64,000 bases of DNA from Spirochaetia bacterium (GTDB lineage: Bacteria > Spirochaetota > Spirochaetia > DSM-2461). The stretch lies in the NCBI GenBank assembly GCA_963666985.2, contig CAXXIA010000002.1, forward strand, positions 2,624,001 through 2,688,000, given 5' to 3'. The notes below the pieces were generated by a model that saw only the letters and a list, made by a program, of their open reading frames with translations, searched no databases and was not told the origin of the DNA. The translations under genes and the position numbers were made by a program. Below, piece by piece: positions 49,194 through 58,518 of the stretch (position 1 is the stretch's first letter; every line of letters begins with the position of its first letter).

Positions 49194-49829
49194 CGCCCAA
49201 AACCGGAAAAACTAAATCGGTGAAATCCGGAAATGTTTCGTCGGTGTTGACAAGAAGACGGAACGACCACTTTCCTCTGGGGTGGAGGGGGTTATAATGC
49301 TACGAATGATGCAGATGGGTCGCCCGAACTGACGGCCGTGGGTACAGGGCAGGCCAACACCTCGGCGATTTTGACCGCGCTTGACGGTCAGGGCTATACT
49401 AATTACGCGGCGAAGTACTGCGACAATCTGGAAGTAACGAATAACGGAAGTACCTACGACGATTGGTTTCTGCCGTCGAAGGACGAACTGGGCCTGATGT
49501 ACACCAATCTGCACCAGCAGTCGCAGGGAGGTTTTGCGGCCGACTCTTATTGGAGTTCCTCCGAGATCAGCGGTTTCAACGCATGGTGCCAGGACTTCAG
49601 CAGTGGCACCCAAGAAAGTAAATTCAAGGGTGCAACTTCCGGCTACCGCCGGGTTCGGGCCTGTCGGGCTTTTAATTAATTGAGCTCGCTAATGAGGGTG
49701 TAGGAGCAACTGCACCCTGCCTAAGGCAGGGTGTTTCAAAGAATAAAGCACTAATCAGCCGCCAGAAGCATTCGTGTTTCCGGCTTAGCATTCGGCAATG
49801 AGGCGGTGTTCTTCCGTGAATATCTATAT

Positions 49830-50006
49830 CACCATCATCTCTTCCCGTTCAACTGAGCGAGAATCGCATAACGCTCTTCATCATCACTTCATGCCTGAAT
49901 CACCAAACGATCTGGGTCCTCCCACATCCCTTGGGCCTGTTCAGAGTCAACGCCGTGTTTGACTTTGTTCTTGTTGCTCTTGTTATGATCGTACCTCAAA
50001 GCCCAT
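49830..50006 (-). pseudogene. degraded BrnT-family toxin gene
   Basis: MGFE(frameshift)YDHNKSNKNKVKHGVDSEQAQGMWEDPDRLVIQA*SDDEERYAILAQLNGK follows the BrnT pattern, with a frameshift and stops. The 3' end is approximate. Confidence 0.6.
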
Positions 50007-50341
50007 TTCGGTGAAATGTCAATTTCACGAAGGATACCGAATCTCCATATACAAAGTCCGCCGATGGCGCATTCGGTCAATGTCCTTTGTGTGAAGGAAG
50101 CAGGCCGGATCCGATCCGAAGCACATCCGTGCTTCGGATGCATCTCTCGGTTTAAGACGGAACTTCGAAAAACATCTGTTGATGCGCTCCGGCGGTAACG
50201 AGGTTACCGCCTCCGGGGCTTCGCCCAAATTTGCCTCTGTCATAGATTTTGCGTAAGTCTTATGTCTCGGCAAGAAAGCCGAGACATAAGGCAATCCGGA
50301 AGGTTCATGAGGTCAATAAAAAACGACGGCCGTGGGGAATC

Positions 50342-51700
50342 TTAATCGGTTCTCCAGGAATCCCCAAGCACAAGATCGGCATATTCCGCGGCTTCTTCCA
50401 CATAGGAGCGGGTTTCGTTATCGAGTTCTCTATTCCACAGCTCCTTCATGGGCATAATTGCAGAGAGCTCTTTGCCTTCAAGGGTTTCTTTCACAAAGAG
50501 TACCGGCTCCAAATCGAGTCCGACAACCGCGGCGGCAATCGAACGGTCGGCCGAAGGTTTGGCAATCTTCAAATTGGCGATGAGACTCAAACATGTGGAT
50601 GCCGCACCATAGGCGGGAGTCAGATTCCCAAGGCCGTAGAGAATGGGAACATGCTTCCCCGGAAAATTATTCGTTTTGTATATTTCATAAGGTTGGGAAC
50701 AGTGGGCATGATGTCCTATGATGGCATCAGCGCCGCACTCGGCAACGGCATGGGCCCACTCCAGTTGTTCGGGATGAGGATAGGTTTCATTTTCCAAACC
50801 CCAATGCATTCCCACGAACACCAAATCGGCACCGGACTCCCTGGCGGCTTTTACCTCTGCTTCAAGGGGGGACATATCCACTTCCGCATTGGGGATGATG
50901 TGCATGGGTAGGACATTAACCATCCATGGTTTTCCCTGGGGAAGGGGCTTCCAGTTAAGAGAATAGGTGTAGGCTATCCAGGCGATTTTTACCCCGTCGA
51001 CTTCCATGATAGTCGGTTTACCAAGGCTTTCTTCGTCCAGATTAATCCCAATATAATTAATTTTATCTTCATTCAGCGCCTTAATCGTCCTAAGACAGCC
51101 CTCTTCGCCGCAGTCCATTATGTGATTGTTCGCCAATTGAACCAGATCGTATTTCCTGGATTTATGGGAAACCAGAGACTGATATATTTCTTTAGAAATA
51201 TTCACCTCCGGAGTGCCTCCCATCTCTTCAATGGAAAGAACCGAGGCCGGATTGTCATCGGCAAGAGTCGATTCGAGGTTGGCATAGGAATAATCGGCGC
51301 CAAAAATCAAATCCTCAACATCTGCATACATATGATTACGGGATTCTTCAATCAAGGTGGCAAACATAAGATCGCCGACTGCGCTGATTCGCAATTCTCC
51401 CTCGCTTCCGCATTTATTCGGTAATTCCGCAGATTTCCTGCGGAAGGGCTTAAAATAGGAATCGAGACCCGAATCCTTGCGGGGAACTTTGTATGCTCCG
51501 GAAGTTTTATTGACATAATAGGAAGCAAAATCCAGATCATTCGGATTCATGACGACATCCAGAGGAAAATCCCATTCACCGGCGGCTATTTTCCGCTCGC
51601 GGATGCCATGAATCATCTTCTGCACTTCTTCGGGCATACTTTCAATAAGGCTAAAGGCGTTTCGGGGTAAATTGACAGGTTTAAAATTTCTCTTTTTCAT
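50342..51700 (-). CDS. CapA-family metallophosphoesterase-fold protein
   Basis: AVGDLM, ANLES, LANNHIMDCG, HWGLE, IIGHHAH, YGLGN. Confidence 0.88.
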   Translation of the reverse strand: MKKRNFKPVNLPRNAFSLIESMPEEVQKMIHGIRERKIAAGEWDFPLDVVMNPNDLDFASYYVNKTSGAYKVPRKDSGLDSYFKPFRRKSAELPNKCGSEGELRISAVGDLMFATLIEESRNHMYADVEDLIFGADYSYANLESTLADDNPASVLSIEEMGGTPEVNISKEIYQSLVSHKSRKYDLVQLANNHIMDCGEEGCLRTIKALNEDKINYIGINLDEESLGKPTIMEVDGVKIAWIAYTYSLNWKPLPQGKPWMVNVLPMHIIPNAEVDMSPLEAEVKAARESGADLVFVGMHWGLENETYPHPEQLEWAHAVAECGADAIIGHHAHCSQPYEIYKTNNFPGKHVPILYGLGNLTPAYGAASTCLSLIANLKIAKPSADRSIAAAVVGLDLEPVLFVKETLEGKELSAIMPMKELWNRELDNETRSYVEEAAEYADLVLGDSWRTD

Positions 51701-51709
51701 CGATCTTCC

Positions 51710-52897
51710 TTATTTACGGCCTTCAAGCCAGCGGGCAGCCATATCGGCATAGAGGGCGGCCCCCTTGTAAATCTGCGTTTCGTCAAAAGCGATTTTAGGG
51801 TGATGCTGGGGATAGGGATATCCTTCCGCCGGAGATCCCAGAGATAATGCCATCATCACGGAGGGCACGCGCTGTGTTACATAGGCAAAATCTTCCGATC
51901 CGGAAATCGGAAACAAGGGAGAGGGATAGACTTCTTCACTGCCGAATAACTCTCCGGCATACACATTCAGCTCCTCGACAAGTTTTTCATCATTGAGAGT
52001 AACTCCGCAATTTAAGGAATAGTTCACTTCCGCTTCCGCCCGATACGTTTTTGCCACGAGAGTAACGATCTCTTCAACGCGCTGCTTTATGAATGCTCTC
52101 ACCTTTTCATCGAAGGTCCGGATTGTGCCGGACATAAACCCGTCCTGCGGAATAACATTGTCCGCGGAGCCGGAGCTAATTTGCCCGATGGTCAAAGAGG
52201 CATGGGCGCGGGGAGAGATTTCCCTGGCGTTTATTGTCTGGAGAGCGGTATGTATTCTTGCCAGAACATTGATAGGATCTACCCCCATATCGGGCATGGC
52301 ACCGTGACAGCCCTTTCCCTTTACAGTGATTTTCAATGCATCTACGGCCGCCAGGCAGGGTCCCGGACCGCCGATGTGTATCCGGCCGGAGGGAACGGGT
52401 AAACCGGAAAAGACATGGATCATCATGGCAGCATCAACATCGGGGTTTTTCAATACCCCGGCATCAACCATCGCTTTGGCGCCCTTGATGAGTTCTTCCC
52501 CCGGCTGAAACATAAGTTTCACCCGTCCTTTAAGGCTGCTCTCATTTTGCTTTAGAATCCTGGCGGCTCCCAGGAGCATGGCCGTGTGAATATCATGGCC
52601 GCAGAGATGTCCATTACCGTTGTCGGCCTTAAACTCAAGCTCCGACTCTTCCGGTATCGGCAGGGCGTCCATATCCGCCCTGAGCATGAAAACGGGACCA
52701 TCACCTTTGCCCGCCATGGCCACAATGCCCGATTCGATGAGCCGCTGCGGTTCGTACCCCATATCGGCGAGGCTGTTAAAAACATATTCCGCTGTTTGGG
52801 GAAGATCCATTCCCGTCTCGGCAAAACGGTGTATTTTCCGCCGGTGAGCAAGAATCTCCTGCTCCAGTTCTTTTGCCTGCGAAAGGATCTTACTCAT
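51710..52897 (-). CDS. M20D amidohydrolase
   Basis: LRADMDALP, HLCGHD, FQPGEE, GKGCHGA, SEDFA, HHP. Start ATG 52897 with RBS GGAGG. Confidence 0.92.
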   Translation of the reverse strand: MSKILSQAKELEQEILAHRRKIHRFAETGMDLPQTAEYVFNSLADMGYEPQRLIESGIVAMAGKGDGPVFMLRADMDALPIPEESELEFKADNGNGHLCGHDIHTAMLLGAARILKQNESSLKGRVKLMFQPGEELIKGAKAMVDAGVLKNPDVDAAMMIHVFSGLPVPSGRIHIGGPGPCLAAVDALKITVKGKGCHGAMPDMGVDPINVLARIHTALQTINAREISPRAHASLTIGQISSGSADNVIPQDGFMSGTIRTFDEKVRAFIKQRVEEIVTLVAKTYRAEAEVNYSLNCGVTLNDEKLVEELNVYAGELFGSEEVYPSPLFPISGSEDFAYVTQRVPSVMMALSLGSPAEGYPYPQHHPKIAFDETQIYKGAALYADMAARWLEGRK

Positions 52898-53573
52898 TCT
52901 TATCCTCCGCGGATTTCGCTTCTTTCGGATTGTAGAATCCCAGCTTGAAAGCGATTCTGGCAAAAATAAGAGATAGAGCCGCAATGGCCGGTATTGTGAA
53001 GAATGAATTTATAAGACTGAAACCGAGGACGATTACCGCAACCACGATAGGAATGAGGGCTGTTTTGTAGCTCTTCAGTATCCAGGCCAGTGTGAGGGCT
53101 CCGAAAAGAGCCGGAACAACCTGATCAAAAGCCGGTCGGATGAGAGGATTCTGGAAGAAAGCGGTAAAGGGCGTTAGAAGAAGTACGCCGATAAAGATGA
53201 TAATCATTGTTACCATGGTAGATACGGCCATGGCGATCGTACTCAGCGCGTCGCCTTCCTCGGTTTTGGCATCAACCCCGGCGGCATCGAGTGCCGTTAC
53301 GGTGGCGGGAATTTTAATATTTGAAAAATTACCCGATACCGACATCAGGTAATAACCGGCGGAACCTACGATCGGGGAGTAGCTCATGAATTCGGCAATC
53401 CCCACGGGAATCATTATGGAAAGAATGGTTGTTGCTCCCTTGAGGAAAGCCGGCCAGTTCGGACTAATGCCGAAAACAAGCCAGATAACCATAGGCGGAA
53501 TAAATGATCCAACGAATACCGCCGCAACCATGAATCGTCCCAGTCTGTGAACACGTTCGTTATATGATTTCAT
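52890..53573 (-). CDS. integral membrane protein (putative transporter subunit)
   Basis: Several TM helices, conserved-looking SYSPIVG / GNFSNIKIP; co-transcribed with its neighbours. Confidence 0.75.
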   Translation of the reverse strand: MKSYNERVHRLGRFMVAAVFVGSFIPPMVIWLVFGISPNWPAFLKGATTILSIMIPVGIAEFMSYSPIVGSAGYYLMSVSGNFSNIKIPATVTALDAAGVDAKTEEGDALSTIAMAVSTMVTMIIIFIGVLLLTPFTAFFQNPLIRPAFDQVVPALFGALTLAWILKSYKTALIPIVVAVIVLGFSLINSFFTIPAIAALSLIFARIAFKLGFYNPKEAKSAEDKNE

Positions 53574-53597
53574 TGCTTAATCTCCTTAATATTTCGG

Positions 53598-54311
53598 TTA
53601 TGCGGTAATCGCGGTTTTAATAATCACGGCTATGAGGGCGGCGATTATGCTGAACGACAGGGAATATTCTCCCAGCCAGCTTGCTTTGGTCTTCTTTGAC
53701 AAAATCAGAACAACACCCATGGTAACGGCGCTGACGCCGACCGCAAGAAGGTCGTTTCCGCCCGCTATAATAGCGGGAACCGAAAAGTTTGCAAAAACGG
53801 CTATCATAATGGTCCCGACAAAAACACCCTGCCAAACCGTGTTTCTGGCCGTTATCTTGCTAACGGTCTCCTTGTATTTTTTGAGAGCAAAAAAAGCGAG
53901 GATAAAACCGGGCAGAACTCCGATAGTCATACACCAGACGGAATTGGCCCAAACAGTGGGTGTAAAGCCGGCTCTGCCAAGCCCTTCGGCTCCCGCTTCC
54001 GTGGCACCTATTGTAGCCGTTACCACTTCATACATAAGAGATCCGATAACTGAAAGACGACCCCATGCAATAGGCATTCCGAGAACCGGTACCAGTGTCA
54101 TCAATCCGAGAATGATGGCTATCGAGGGAATGATACTCGTTGTCGCCGCTGTTCTGATTACTTTTGAAATGGTCTTTGTTTCAACACCCAGTTCCAGCGC
54201 TCTTGTTTTTGCCATCCGGAAGAAGATAAACGCCATAACAAAAACTCCGCTCAGAAGGACTGCAACCGCTGCGTACAACGCCACACTGTTCGCCATTACC
54301 AAATGATCCAT
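53598..54311 (-). CDS. DUF5058-like membrane protein
   Basis: RALELG, IIPSIAI, WGRLSVIGSLMYE motif, TM helices. Confidence 0.7.
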   Translation of the reverse strand: MDHLVMANSVALYAAVAVLLSGVFVMAFIFFRMAKTRALELGVETKTISKVIRTAATTSIIPSIAIILGLMTLVPVLGMPIAWGRLSVIGSLMYEVVTATIGATEAGAEGLGRAGFTPTVWANSVWCMTIGVLPGFILAFFALKKYKETVSKITARNTVWQGVFVGTIMIAVFANFSVPAIIAGGNDLLAVGVSAVTMGVVLILSKKTKASWLGEYSLSFSIIAALIAVIIKTAITA

Positions 54312-54562
54312 TAGGAGCTCCTTTAATCCTTAGCTTAGAATGAGATAAATACGTAATTGTTCACGCGTATTTACTGTCGGTATGCAGATATTGTTCATAG
54401 GGTTCATTCATCTGTCAATTGAGGTTTTTCAAATAGTCGATTAAGGATCTTATCCGGCCTTGAGCAGGATCAGCCGCCGGTCCGCTGATTCCAAGGGGGC
54501 TTTTCGGTAAGGAGAGCCTTTTTTTTATTTCCGGATGCGGTATGGATACGCACCGACGCCGG

Positions 54563-55042
54563 TCAAGAAGCGGATATAATTTCGTATTCTCCGATATGAA
54601 AGGCTTCCACGGCTTTATTCACGTTCTCGTCGCGGACCGTGATGTAGAGGTCCATGCCGGACTTCAGGGCCGATCGAATCGTTTCCGCGTGTCCTTTGCC
54701 GCCGATTTCAAGTTTTCCGAGTTCGTCAATGAAAAAAGATTTCGCTTTCTTCCTTATCGCGGTGGAAAGAATTTTTTCGGCCATGGCAAAACCTTCCGTT
54801 CTGAAGGTGAATGCGCCGTATCTTTCGGTTTTTTCCCAATCCTTCGGAAGAGGAAGACTGCTTAATTTCGCAAGAGGAAGGGATTCACCCGTATTCAGAT
54901 CCTTAAGGATATACATCGTGATTCTGCCGCAATCCCATACTTTTTCCGAACCGAATCCATGGGCCGCGTCGCTTTGCCGAAACAATTCTTTAAGCTTGAA
55001 GGTTTTTCCTTCGTTTTTCTTTCCCGTAACTAAATAAACCAT
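54563..55042 (-). CDS. small P-loop NTPase-like protein (DUF2478/NTPase_1-like)
   Basis: VTGKKNEGKT Walker A and FIDELGKLE. Confidence 0.7.
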   Translation of the reverse strand: MVYLVTGKKNEGKTFKLKELFRQSDAAHGFGSEKVWDCGRITMYILKDLNTGESLPLAKLSSLPLPKDWEKTERYGAFTFRTEGFAMAEKILSTAIRKKAKSFFIDELGKLEIGGKGHAETIRSALKSGMDLYITVRDENVNKAVEAFHIGEYEIISAS

Positions 55043-55088
55043 CGGAGGAAAGTATACGCCGATTTGACCGTTTACGAAACGTTTCGGT

Positions 55089-55958
55089 TTATTTCGGGGA
55101 AATCCGGTACTTATGGGCCATCAGATCGGGACGATAAGAAACTTTAGTTTTGCGGAGTCCTTCGCGGCCCATGTCCTGTTCGAGATTCATGTACGTGTAG
55201 TTCGAACAGAAATCGCGGGCGAAACGGCTGAAGAGAAACTGGTAAGATCCTTTGATTCCCATGTCGGCTTTGGCGAAGTGAATGGTAAAAGTTTCTTCAT
55301 TAAGTTTTTCGCCCAGGATAAATCCCGCGGGTTTTCCATCGGCATAGGCGATTGCTCCCGTTAATTCGAGCTTTTCCCTTAATTCCAGTGCTTCCAGGCA
55401 TTGGTGATAATCGCTCGTGGCGAGTTCCTGCCTTGAAGAGTTTTGCCAGAGTTCCAAAATCCCTTTTGCATCCTTCAGCTTATCATCCGTCAGGGGGAGA
55501 AGAAGAGGATTGGGATTACTGAGGAATTGGTTCAGGAGATTTTTCTTTTTGTGCAGAGATTTTCCCGGATATGTTTTAAATTTTTCCGTGTGGTAGAGAT
55601 AATCCGAATCATTCGGATGTGATGTGATGTCGAACTCTTCCGCTTTGAAGCATTCCAGCCATTCTTCGGGTATCGGGAAGATAAAATCCCACTCTTGCCG
55701 TTTCAGGAGGGCTTTCAGCTCTTCAAAGCATCCCTTTTCCGCTTTGTTCGGGCTCATCATGGGCATCAGATAACGCTTATGATCATAGGAGAGACCGGAA
55801 ATTAAGACGCCGTGGCTTATTTCGACAACTTCATATTCGTGCGTATTCCTAAAGAGATAAAGATTGGCAAAGGAAAATTCGGAAAGGTGCATTCCTATGG
55901 CATCCAGCCGCTCGGTGATAAGTTCTTTATGTCCAAGGTCCAATTGTGATATTGTCAT
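55089..55958 (-). CDS. DUF2156 / aminoacyl-phosphatidylglycerol synthase C-terminal-like GNAT protein
   Basis: SEFSFANLYLF, DSDYLY, HFAKA, MNLEQDMG.EGLRKTK.SY.P. Start ATG 55958. Confidence 0.8.
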   Translation of the reverse strand: MTISQLDLGHKELITERLDAIGMHLSEFSFANLYLFRNTHEYEVVEISHGVLISGLSYDHKRYLMPMMSPNKAEKGCFEELKALLKRQEWDFIFPIPEEWLECFKAEEFDITSHPNDSDYLYHTEKFKTYPGKSLHKKKNLLNQFLSNPNPLLLPLTDDKLKDAKGILELWQNSSRQELATSDYHQCLEALELREKLELTGAIAYADGKPAGFILGEKLNEETFTIHFAKADMGIKGSYQFLFSRFARDFCSNYTYMNLEQDMGREGLRKTKVSYRPDLMAHKYRISPK

Positions 55959-56248
55959 ATATATTAGGGTAATGATAATGTTTGGTCGCGGCAATTGGGC
56001 GGAACCGCTGCTCCGATAATATTCTCTCGGATGCCGAGGTTGTTTTTTATGACTTCCCCCTCGCCGCACGGAAGGTTATTTATTATTTTATTCCCAAGCG
56101 AAGCGAGAGAAGTGAAATGGAATTTCGTTTCTGAGCATGAGCCGGGAAAGTCAGGTTTAATATCTCGCCCTTTGGGGCGGAAGGGTCACGGAGTGCTCAT
56201 TTCCAGGGCTTGCCCCGGGGTATGATGCCTTTCATTGGTGTTATTCAT

Positions 56249-57412
56249 ATGGATCGTATTTATTTGGACAACAATGCAACCACGGTTGTGGATCCCTTAG
56301 TGAAGCAGGCTATGGAGCCGTTCTGGCTGCAGAGCTACGGGAATCCCAATTCTCTTCATGATTTCGGCACCGAAACCCATCCGGCGATGAGTATTGCGTT
56401 TGATCGCATCTACGCCGGCATCGGGGCGTCCGATGACGATGATGTGGTTATCAACAGCTGTGCTTCGGAAGGCAACAATACCGTCCTGAAGGGTGTTTGG
56501 GCCGATTCCATTCTCAACGGCGGCAAGAAAAGGATGATCACCAGCCAGGTGGAGCATCCCAGTGTGGCGAACACGCTGGACTGGCTTGAAAGGCAGGGAG
56601 TGGAAGTCATCCGTCTGGCACCGGACGGCGACGGCAGAATTACCGTTGATACTCTGGCCGACGGATTCGATCCGGATGTTACCGCTCTTGTAAGCATTAT
56701 GTGGGCCAATAACGAGACGGGTCTGATTAATCCCGTCGGTGAGCTGGCCTCTTTTTGCCGGGAAAAGGGTGTGTTGTTCCATACGGATGCCGTGCAGGCC
56801 GTGGGAAAAATCCCGGTGGATCTGCAGAACGTTCCCGCCGATTTTTTGACTTTCAGCGCCCATAAGTTTCACGGTCCCAAAGGAATCGGGGGACTTTTCA
56901 TTCGAAAGGGGCATGCGTTGACGCCGCTTCTTCACGGCGGTGAGCAGATGGGCGGCCTGCGGGCGGGGACTGTGAACGTCGCGTTTCTCGTAGGGATGGG
57001 CCTGGCCATGGAAATGGCCGTAGATGCTTTGAAATTTGAGGATACCAGAGTTCGCTCTTTGAGGGATAAGCTTGAGGACGCCATCCTGGCTCTTCCGGAT
57101 ACCATCGTAATCGGCAAGCGGGAGTACCGCACACCGAACACCATCCTGGCGAGTTTCAAAGGGATTGAGGGCGAAGCCTTTCTTTGGGATTTGAATCAAT
57201 TAGGTTTGGCCGCCAGCACCGGCAGTGCCTGCTCCTCCGAGTCTTTAGAGGCCGATGCAACGCTTCGAGCCATGGTTTCGGACGCGGATCTGGCTCATAC
57301 GGCGGTGCGCTTCAGTCTGTCGCGTTTTACCACCGAAGAGGAAATCGATGCGGCCGCGGCGGCCGTCGAGAAAACCGTTTCGCGGCTGAGGGCTATTTCC
57401 AGCACGTATTGA
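56249..57412 (+). CDS. nifS: cysteine desulfurase NifS
   Basis: YLDNNATT, YGNPNS, HTDAVQ, SAHKFHGPKG, STGSACSS. Confidence 0.93.
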   Translation: MDRIYLDNNATTVVDPLVKQAMEPFWLQSYGNPNSLHDFGTETHPAMSIAFDRIYAGIGASDDDDVVINSCASEGNNTVLKGVWADSILNGGKKRMITSQVEHPSVANTLDWLERQGVEVIRLAPDGDGRITVDTLADGFDPDVTALVSIMWANNETGLINPVGELASFCREKGVLFHTDAVQAVGKIPVDLQNVPADFLTFSAHKFHGPKGIGGLFIRKGHALTPLLHGGEQMGGLRAGTVNVAFLVGMGLAMEMAVDALKFEDTRVRSLRDKLEDAILALPDTIVIGKREYRTPNTILASFKGIEGEAFLWDLNQLGLAASTGSACSSESLEADATLRAMVSDADLAHTAVRFSLSRFTTEEEIDAAAAAVEKTVSRLRAISSTY

Positions 57413-57466
57413 AAAATTGAATAGAGGCGGGCCGCTGAACACCGTGCGGCCCGAGAGGAGCATATC

Positions 57467-58423
57467 ATGGCGAAGGGCGACTTGGTCGGCGGATCCCTAT
57501 GGCAGAATTACTCAAACAAAGTCGCCGAACGGATGAACCATCCCCGTTTCCTCGGCGAAATCAGCGAAGACGAAGCCTTATCCCTGGGAGCCAAACTCGT
57601 TGTCGCCGATCATGGCGCCGAGTCCTGCGGGGATGCCGTGAGGCTGTATTGGGCCGTGGATGAACAGTCCGGAAAAATCGTCAGAGCGAAATTTAAAAGC
57701 TTCGGCTGCGGTACGGCCATCGCTTCGAGCGACATGATGGCCGAACTTTGTGTCGGGAAAACCGTTGATGAAGCCATGGGCATTACGAATTTGGAGGTGG
57801 AAAGAGCTCTTCGGGACAATCCCGATGTTCCGGCGGTTCCTCCGCAGAAGATGCATTGTTCGTTGATGGCTTATGACGCCATTAAAGCCGCGGCCGCAAC
57901 GTACAAAGGAATAGACGTTAAGGCGCTGGAAGAAGCCGAGATTGTCTGCGAATGCGCTCGGGTTACCTTGTCCACCATCAAGGAAGTGATTCGTCTGAAC
58001 GATCTGAAAACCGTTGAAGAAATCACCGCGTACACAAAGGCCGGAGCTTTCTGCAAGTCGTGTCTGCATCCGGGTGGACATGAGAAGCGCAAATGGTATC
58101 TGGCGGATATCCTGGCCGAGACGCGGGCCGAAATGGAAGGGGAAGCCGCCGCGGTCGAAGTGCCCTTTAGCGAACTTGCTTTATTTAAGAAGTTCAAAGC
58201 CGTTGAGCGTGTTCTCGATGCCGAAATCCGCCCGATGCTTCATCAGGACGGCGGGGATGTGGAAGTGGAAGATTTCCGCATGGACGGCGATGTGCCCGTA
58301 GCCACAATCTCTTACAAGGGTGCCTGTTTGGGATGTATCAGCGCCACCGTCGGAACCCTGGGATTCATAGAAAATATCCTGAAGGACAAATTGGATCCGG
58401 CTTTTTGCGTGGAAGTTGGCTGA
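57467..58423 (+). CDS. nifU: Fe-S scaffold NifU (IscU-like + BFD-like [2Fe-2S] + NfuA-like domains)
   Basis: CGD, FGCG, KMHC, VCECARV...CKSC, DGGDVE...GACLGC. Confidence 0.93.
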   Translation: MAKGDLVGGSLWQNYSNKVAERMNHPRFLGEISEDEALSLGAKLVVADHGAESCGDAVRLYWAVDEQSGKIVRAKFKSFGCGTAIASSDMMAELCVGKTVDEAMGITNLEVERALRDNPDVPAVPPQKMHCSLMAYDAIKAAAATYKGIDVKALEEAEIVCECARVTLSTIKEVIRLNDLKTVEEITAYTKAGAFCKSCLHPGGHEKRKWYLADILAETRAEMEGEAAAVEVPFSELALFKKFKAVERVLDAEIRPMLHQDGGDVEVEDFRMDGDVPVATISYKGACLGCISATVGTLGFIENILKDKLDPAFCVEVG

Positions 58424-58518
58424 TTATCAGTCTGTTGAGTCGATTTCAAAAATCGCTGCACGGCGTCCTATAATTTCTCCTCGGTTCCTATGGAGGAGCT
58501 TTTTTCATTGCTGATGAA

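Larger units (their letters stand above)
47056..49252 (+). mobile_element. IS21-family insertion sequence
   Basis: IRs TGTCAGCACCG / CGGTGTTGACA, 5-bp TSD AGAAG (47051-47055 and 49253-49257), istA + istB. Confidence 0.95.
46839..49679 (+). pseudogene. DUF1566/C-type-lectin-fold lipoprotein gene interrupted by IS21 (212 aa when rejoined)
   Basis: 46839-47055 + 49258-49679 rejoin in frame: lipobox VAGC, GPAGGWVFYD, RYLEAAP, GTGQANT, DDWFLPSKDEL, YWSSSE...AW...F..G......VRACRAF. Confidence 0.85.

Noticed and set aside
50342..51700. Poly-gamma-glutamate capsule locus
   Set aside because: capB and capC are absent; stand-alone CapA-family proteins are widespread.
56249..58423. Evidence of nitrogen fixation
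   Set aside because: nifS/nifU alone act in general Fe-S assembly; no nifHDK here.
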